A stretch of 64,000 nucleotides of DNA, from assembly GCA_002633005.1 (NCBI GenBank), contig NMRA01000638.1, positions 8,914 to 72,913 of the forward strand, in the 5' to 3' direction. Positions 52,301 through 61,300 of the stretch are shown piece by piece (positions within the stretch are counted from its first letter, which is position 1; each line of letters opens with the position of its first letter). The DNA is from Phoronis australis. Taxonomy: Eukaryota > Animalia > Phoronida. The notes below the pieces were generated by a model, which saw only the letters and a program-made list of their open reading frames with translations, did no database searches and was not told where the DNA came from. The position numbers were made by a program, and so were the translations under genes.

Positions 52301-55300
52301 ATTTTTTGTAAAAATGTGTCTGGGGGGATTGCTGGGGGTGGGGGGGTTGCGTCGGAATCATGGACGCCCTGGAATATTGGGAACCCCATTTTGGACACCT
52401 TATTTTAGAAATCCTTGATAAAGGCCTGCGCCTCTGCCCATCACGTTGTCTATAAACTAGGAAAAAGAGCAATAACATTGTCACAATTTACTAATTATGT
52501 CACGATAAAGGATGGACATAGACTACAGCTTATCAAATGGAACAGTCTTTGTACAAATTAGAATTTGTTTTTGACAAAATTATTTTAGTTACCTTTAAGT
52601 CTTCAATCTGCTGTTTTACAGCACCAGTATCTGTGGAAACTGTCCCAAGAGAAGTGAAACGCTGCTCAGTAGACTGCAACCACTCGAGGATTTTCTGAAA
52701 AAATCATTTGTAAATTAGGGCTTAAAGGAGAATGCAACCCAAAAAACAACTTACCTTGTATCAATTTAGGTCAAGTAGTTCCACTTTATAACAGCAAGTA
52801 CAACTCTGTTACCCGACACCTGACAGAGGTGCTGCATTTAACCAATGATGGCACAGGTTCGAACGCAGACTGTTCAGCAGTTCACAACACGCTTACTGGT
52901 GTCAGCTTTTCGCTTGAATTCATCATTTTACACCAATAAACCATCAAAATTTGATTAAAACCCTTACAAATACATTGAGTTATTGAACAAATGTGTTATT
53001 TTATTTTGCTGTTATGAATTTTTAGGTATTTGAACATACCGTAGGGTACAGAGTTCGGTACTAGGCTAATTTATCAAGGTCGGTCGCGGGAGTTTTGGGT
53101 CTGCGTGGTGATAAATTTGAATTATTCATCCGTGAATTACAGATAAGAGAACATAGGGGTCTGTTTTAATTTTAGACTTGCGATTTCTTACAGTTCTAAA
53201 CACACAAAACACCGTCAGTGGCTCAGAACCCAACCAGGCCCATCGCGGCCGGATTTATGACACCAGGAGATAAACCAGCCAAAGTTGGAAACTAAACTTC
53301 CAATCACAAAAAGACTATACTAGTGAGCCAAAGAAATAATGTGCACATGATTGTTTTAGTGAATTAGCCACAAAACTGCTAATCTACTTACTAGCTCATC
53401 TGCAGCTTTGAAGTCAGAAATGCCAGGGCAAAAGTTGTACAGTAACAATGATTCGAATAATGTACGTGAATATCTAAATAATGATTCCCCTAACATCTGA
53501 CCATAGGATATAAAATCGAGATACTGTTTCACAACAGCTTTCTGTCAGCAAACACTGAATTAGCATGCAATCACACAGCTTCAATGCCCGGTCAAATAGT
53601 TTATTGCAACTAAACCCCTTAACACAGTGATTTATTTATTGCTGGCTTCTGAAAACATTTGCATTTGCTCCAAGTAGTATTTAATGAGACAGAGTTTGTT
53701 TCAGTTTTGTATAAGCAAACATTAGTTAGGGTGAAAATAATTCATTTTTAAATAGAATGCACAACAATGAACACAACGCGGCAAATCACAATCTCGACTT
53801 GGACGAGTGCTCATCCGACGAAGACTTCACAGGTCGACCATTAGGTTTCTGAGGCTATCAGTTCGAACCGAAATACACTAACCAAGAAATACTAGATAGG
53901 CGCTGTGAACGTGCACAGACAACGGAATACATGGCACGCTTGAATGACTTGTCATGATGTCACGATAATGGAAACGACTTGCTTGCATTTGCTGCCACGA
54001 AATTCCACAAGTGGAATCCTTTCTTGGAGAAGAGCAGATGTGTCTCACGGACCATCATGATTTTGCGCCGCATCTAAACAGAGTTGTGCTTATGACATTT
54101 TTTAGGCCACTGAGAAAAAGAACTAGCGAAAACATTCTACACTCAGAGGACCAAACAGAAGCCTGACGAATGAGTCAGTCATCAAACAGGTTATTTAAAA
54201 CGATATGTTCTCACGCCTGTATGTTTTCATGGCCAACTACAATTCTCCATAATCAAAAACTAATCAACAACTTGATCCACGTTTCTTTGTCTCCTGCCTG
54301 TCGAATGCAAACACACTAGGCACAGCATCTGACTTCTGCCTCAATCCCTTTTTCTGTCCTACTACGAGCAGTTTGGTAAGCCAGCATTCGATCGTCTGTG
54401 AAATCACTGTCGGTGAAATGCCGGCCACTGACAGACATGGAGAAGTTTCAGTCTCTATACAAGCATGGTATTAATGGTGTACTTTTCATTTGTCACTACC
54501 GCGAGCCACTTTCGGTATACAACCATTATGGGCTCTCGAGGAAATCGAAAAAAAAAAAGATATACCCGCTATCCTCCCAGCGTCGTAGTCCACACAAGCG
54601 GGAACGATACACCACACCATAGCGGCAATCACTCAGAAGAAGAACAACTGACGTCGCTGCATCGTTTCTCACCTTCCTTAACGCGACAACTTTCGGCGAG
54701 GTAAGATTGACCATATACGAGGTGATGTGAATATTGACCGATTAAGACAGTAAAAAAGACTAATTAAATCGAGTAGCATTCTCCTTTAACACCAAAAATT
54801 CGAAAGATTTCCAAGAGGAAACTACCTCACAACTCAACCATTTTAATTAAATAATCCTCACTGACAAGACTGGCCAAGCTGGAAAGTACATATTAATCTT
54901 ATTCAAGTTTTTGGGCCTAATGTATTCAAGGTTTCACACTGACCATGCAAAACATTGCCAGCAATGTGGCAGATGTACTTGTGTGAACCACACAAGCCAC
55001 TGCGTTACGTACAAACAGGTCATGAGATATGTTCATTTTTAATCACTAGTCAGGAAAAAAGCAGTTTCGGTTGGTGACAGAATCCACTAAAGATGGTGAG
55101 CTTGATTATGTTTCCAACTAGCAATTTCATTCAAGCTTGTACAGTAATAGTTACAGTTCCCTTTTAAATAAACTTGTTAGGCCAGTCTCCAAGCTTGAAA
55201 ACCGGGCCTAATAAGTTTATTTGAAAGGGAACTTTATTCTGAGCAAATTTTGAATAGTTTTCTATGAGTTGTTGATTAATTTTACTAATTCAACAGCAAA

Positions 55301-58300
55301 AAGCAAACATATTTTCTAATAAAACTCAAAAAAAATCGTACAAAAAGTTCCATATCACCACTTGTAGCGCCGCTTCTCGTGATGCATTTGGTGAGGGATT
55401 TAGCGTGCAGTCAGGTGGGGGTGGTGGGGAGGAAGAAACTGGTCAAGGTCAGGTGACGCAATCGCCAAAAGCCGACCAAAAAGGACGCATCACAAGTTTA
55501 GTAGACGGCGATTAACAGCAGAATGTTAATTTTCCAACACCAGTAAATAAGTTAATTTGATCAAGGAAGAGAATAGATTTAATGACACTAATTTTGAGTC
55601 AGATTTCATTTGTCCAAATTTTTACACACATCGGTGCAAAGCTGTATATTTAGTATACAGCTTTGTACCAGGGCTAGGGCAATCGCTGGTATGCGATGTC
55701 CTTCCCCTAAGAAGACACCCTTTTTGAAGAGTTTGAACAACCAGGAGCCATACAAAAAGGCATGGCGAACCTTTTACAACACTATGGCAAACAGTGAAAA
55801 ATGAACGGCTGATACAATGATAAAATACATTCTGAACTCTTCACATTATGGCACAGCAATATGTGATAAGCAGTCGAAGTCCACCAGCCCCGTCACTGAC
55901 ATATTAGCCAATCAGCGATCGCTGTCAGGATTTCAGTGTTTTGACAATAAAAATGAATCAGCTTTTGTTTGGCCATAACTCCGGCATATATGAGTTTTAC
56001 TTGTATGTTAGAACCAGTTAACCAGCATTATTTTTACTACAGTCTCCTTTCAAAATTCTTGATATGCCTGATTTACCTTACTCATCCGAAGTCTTTTCCA
56101 AGCTAATTTAGCACAGGTTAGTATGGTAGCAAGGTAATTCAAGATTGGAGAAAAATACCAAATAAGGTGACATATGTTTGACCAAGATAGGTCTACACTA
56201 GCAAAGTACACACATTTAGTTCATAAACTACAATAATTCATTTTAGTAGTGTATAACAGCAATTTACTAAATACAATATTTATCTAGGTTCACAAGGTTT
56301 TGGACATCTCAAGGATGAATGCAGCTGCATTATTTATTTAGTGAAGATGCAATTTTTTTAAAGTTCTCATACAAAGCACCCAACAGACAAATGCCATCCG
56401 ACACACTTGCAGCCACGACCCCCAGGATTCCACTCCTACTCCCACAAGTACTACTAGGACCTACCACAACCATGCCCCACAAATACCACCCCCAGATGTT
56501 CATCATTGACCTTGTACAGTAACCCCCCTGAGATTCTACTTTTAACCCCACTGGAACTCTAATTCTCCCACAGCAATGTCTTTTCCAGAAACCATTTCCT
56601 ACCTCCACGCACAACACAAGATCTCCACAACCACTTTCCTCTAGGTCCCAACACTCATTACCACACATATCACTTTGACCCCACATCCCTGCCCCAAATC
56701 CCACCCCTCACACGTACCACTAATTTATCCTGGAACTCTATGGCCCTATCCAGCGCCTCTGTCAACTCCTGCTCACGCTCCTTCTGTTGTTGTGACACCT
56801 GACTCCATGTCTGATCTGCTTCCTCTACATTTTTCTGCACTTCCGGTTTCTCAGGTTCACCTACCAGTTCAATTAGCTCACCACCTGTACCGTGGATACC
56901 ACTAATGGCCGTCTCAGTCTCCTCGATCTCTTCCTTGATGGTCTGGAGTATGAAATGTTCAGTGGCCATGATTTCACAATCTTCACAGTTTCTCTTGGGA
57001 GAAATCATGAACAAGTATGAACAATCGCCTGGTTCCCAGACAATGGGACATGACCACTTTTAGGATAGGCAGGATTTAACTGAATTGGGTACTAGGAAGT
57101 GATACATAAAAGTTATCTCTTTTCGACACCTGAATAGATAGATAGCAGAAACCATTTCATAAGTATGAGGGAGTTTGTGATTACCTGATTGCAGGGATTT
57201 CTATGTGTAGGTTCTTTGCTACAAAAGCACCATCAAGTAAACTTTAAGTTACCCATTCAAAAACATAAGTTTTGAGAAAGCACATTTTACCATAAGAATG
57301 TAACCATGTTTTTCAAAGCAATGTTTCTGAAGACAATGCAATTCCTTGATAATTTTTAGTTCACTTAAATCTTTACCAAATACCAATAAATGTGTAACAA
57401 CTCACCCACAGATCTCTCTGCTGTTCCCGGATGGCATCAGGTTGCAGGGCAGGAGGTTCCTGTGATGTGAAGGCCTCTTGAAGGTAGTTCAATGTGCCCA
57501 TAAGGTTGTGCAGGTCATCCCAGAACTGCTCAGACACATTCAAGGTCTTGCCCAGTTTATCCTGTCGCTCCTGCGTTGACTTGCGGATACCTAATGAAGG
57601 CAAGGAACCTTACAGTGAATATTTTTAATGTTGTTCTTGTAAGATGGGCGTAAGGGCTGTATTACAAAAATAAAGATTGAAGTGACGAACATCAGAGGCA
57701 ATAACAATGACACTGTTTACGTACCAAAGTACATCTTAGTCAACTCATCAATCTTCTGTTTCAGATCACTAATTGAAGCATCACCATCACCAGCCTGCTG
57801 TATCATCTCATCAGCATTGGTCTTGACTGCTTCCAGTGCCACTAGGCGGCGATCCATGTCTTGGATGATGGTCTCGTTCTCAGCCATTTGGGCACGCAAT
57901 CGATCTGGGTGTGCTGCAATTGGCTCAACATTCTCCACCTGCTCTTGGGTGGTCACCATAGCCTCAAAGATTCCTTCCACTTTGTCAGAAAACTGGAGAA
58001 AAGCACACAGAAAAAAGTCACCTAAGCATAGAAACACTTTCAAAGCAGAGGGAGACTGATAAGGTAAAAAAATAAATATTTAAGAGATTCGAAAAAAGTC
58101 TGATGTAGAACAAGACAACGATGGTTTCAAAACATCAAGAACAAAATGTCAGTAATAGGAAAAAGCACTATAATGGAAAATGCATCTCTCACATTATGAA
58201 CGTTTCATTGCATTCAAACGGTGTACACAGCAGGCCACAGAAGGCTCACCATATCACAGTTGTTCGGTTACAACACTAACCTCTGAGTGTTGCTGCATGG

Positions 58301-61300
58301 CATCATCAAGGGTGATCGACCGATCCTTGGTGTTGACTTTGATGCTGTCGAAGCGGTCATTGTCGAGGTCGAGTATCTGCTGAATGCGCTTGGCCTCCTG
58401 CAAGCCACATAGTTTGATCAGGGCGGGGCCAGTCTTATTCAGCTTGTCAATCAATGGCTTGTGATCGCTAACGCTCTGCTGCAGCAACTGAAAGATTAAT
58501 TTCTCGGACTGATTGACAAAGTCGTTAACTGTTATTGGCAGCAGATTGCACAGGCTGTGTTTTTGAATAGTAACACACTACTGAAACTCAGAGGCTGAAT
58601 TTGCTGATCTTTGCCTAAGTTCAAAAGGTAGTACTAGTAGGTAATAGCAATATGAAATGAATTAAACAATTCAAATGTAAAAACTACCATTGAAATGCAA
58701 CCACGATTGCAATGCGAACGGTGTGCTTCTAGTGGTGGTTTAAAGTGTCATGAAAATGGCCACTAAATGGCACAGAATACATCTAATCCATCAAAATGTG
58801 GAAAGGTGCCGTCACCTTCATAGTAAAGACGTGTTTGTCAAATGTCATGAAAACATCAAGAAACTCTAAAATATCAAGGTAAATGTAAAAAATACAATTG
58901 CAACTAGAGGGCACACCAGTAGTCAGAGCCATCCAAGAAGTCGTGGGCAGCCATTATCACATGTATAGGAAAACACCTGCAAAGGAATCAGGCTCAACAG
59001 CCATGGTCGCAAAAAAAAATCACAAGGGGATGCCCAGGATGACAGATTTGTCCGAAAAAAGTCGACCATGGTCTGGAACACAACTGCTACGATTCACAAC
59101 GATCCTTTGAGCAGTTTCGAGGATAAAGAGATGGACACAAAAAACAAACTTTCAACAGTAAAAATGGCCACCAAGTGGTGAAAAATACATCGAATCCATC
59201 CAAAAATGGAAAGGTATAATTGTCTCCTTAATAGAAACCTATTTGTCAAATTTTACAAAAATCCATCAATGAGCTCTAAAGATACAGAAAAAAGTTGCCA
59301 GAAAGGGCAACAGCTATAGTCAGGTTGGTCTGAAACTCGTCTTCATCTGTTACCAACTCCATAGGAAAATATCTGCTAAATTTCACTAAGATCCTCCACA
59401 GAATTAAGGAGGTACAGCTGTGGACAGACAAACTAAATTGCCACAAGGGGGCAGAGCGGTTGCCATATCAGCCCGAAACTCGCCACTGCTTGTCATTAGC
59501 TTCATAGGAACACTCTACCAAATCTTATTAAGATAATGCAAGGAATTTAGGAGATATACCTGCGAATGGCACATGGAGATGAATATGTGGGCGCAAAAAA
59601 GGCTCATTGAAAGCAGGGACTGGTGGAATTTGTGAGATCATTGATCTTTGCAAAAGAAACTATTTTCATCTGACTACTGGATGAACAAACATGGATTTGA
59701 TTCTACAATAAAAATAAACTATCCAATCATGAGGCTCCTACCAAACCGAAGTCAGTCAACTCAAAATTGACCAAGTAGAACTTTCAGTAACGTTTTCACT
59801 TCATAGAGTAAATTAAGCGCAACCTAGCATGGGTACCACAGATATGTATCTACCATGGGTACCATAGAAAAGTACTGAAACATACAATCTCACATTTCTC
59901 AAGGTTTAGAACAAGAAATCAACAAACAACAATCAAATAACCCCAAAAAGAGCAGAGAGCAAAATATCCCACCTAGCATGACCATACATACTTTCACATT
60001 TAATGAAAGTATGTTTCAAAAAAGTTAATTAAAGATATAAATGTTACACAGACTGTGGAAAAGGACAAATGGAGAAATTGTACATCATTAATATATGAAT
60101 AAGTAAATCATTGAAATCATTAATATACAAAAAACATTACTTCATCAGAACTCAGAGGAAAGACGAAAAGATAATTTCAAGGTAAATTGGTTTCTTCAAA
60201 CTATGTCAATAGAAAATAAAGTGTGTACTCGAATGTCCCCACCTGCAATGCTGAAAAACTAACCCTGACAGCATCCTGCTGCTTTTTGATTTGTTCCCCA
60301 GTTACAGCTGGCATGTCGTGCTTCTTGATTTCATCTTCAACCTCATCAAACCATTTGACCAAATCTTCATGAGTGTCACTGAAGTGTACCGCCATTGGTA
60401 GAGCCTGTTCCAACTGGCCAAGTCTGAATGAACAATGAACACAACACGGATGACTTCATCATTCCAGTAATGATTAGTGTTACACAGTGCAACAGGATTT
60501 TTGTTAAACCAGATCACGTTATATATCCACACAGACAAACGACCAGCTAATAATAAAAGCACTGCTGTTTTAAAAAACTATCAATATGGCACATCTTCTT
60601 ATAATTCCCAGTACTTCAACAGTTATCAGTTACAGATGTACGGTATTCGCCGTAATAACTGCCCATGCCTGTAGAAGCGCCCCCCCACGCGTTTTCAGAC
60701 TTTGCAAAAATAAGCGCTCAGTCCATGAACGTGTACGTGCGAAAAATGCCTTACCTACAGTCCTAAAATTCTACAGTAACGTCTTCAATTTATCAATAAT
60801 ATCCGACAGTCCTGAAAAAAATCATTGTGCGCAGAATTTGTAGACCACAAGCCTCGCCGCCATGCCTCAAAACGAACACAAAAGTTCTGCTGATATTGCG
60901 AGGACCAATGAACTGGCCTTTCAGAACAGAAGTAGTGTACATGTCTGCGGGATTGCTTTGTAGATATTTCCCGCTTTCAACAGGAATCCAAATTTCTTTG
61001 TAGGCCTACACGTGAAAACCGTGAACTGAAGACTAATAAAAAGCTTGGCCACTGTTAAAAGCACGTGGCCAGGAAGCACGCGCTACATACATGAACCTGT
61101 CATCAAAGACATTAGTGGGAAACTATCTGTTCATGAAACGGGTAGCATAGCATCGGCAAGAAATGAATATTGGCATTAATTTCCAACAGTTTCTAATACT
61201 ATAAAAATGTTTGTGTTATATTTAAGATGAATTGTTTGATTAACCATAATTGATGTTTTTAAGCCAAATATCCGATAAAATGACCACTGACAGTGAATGC

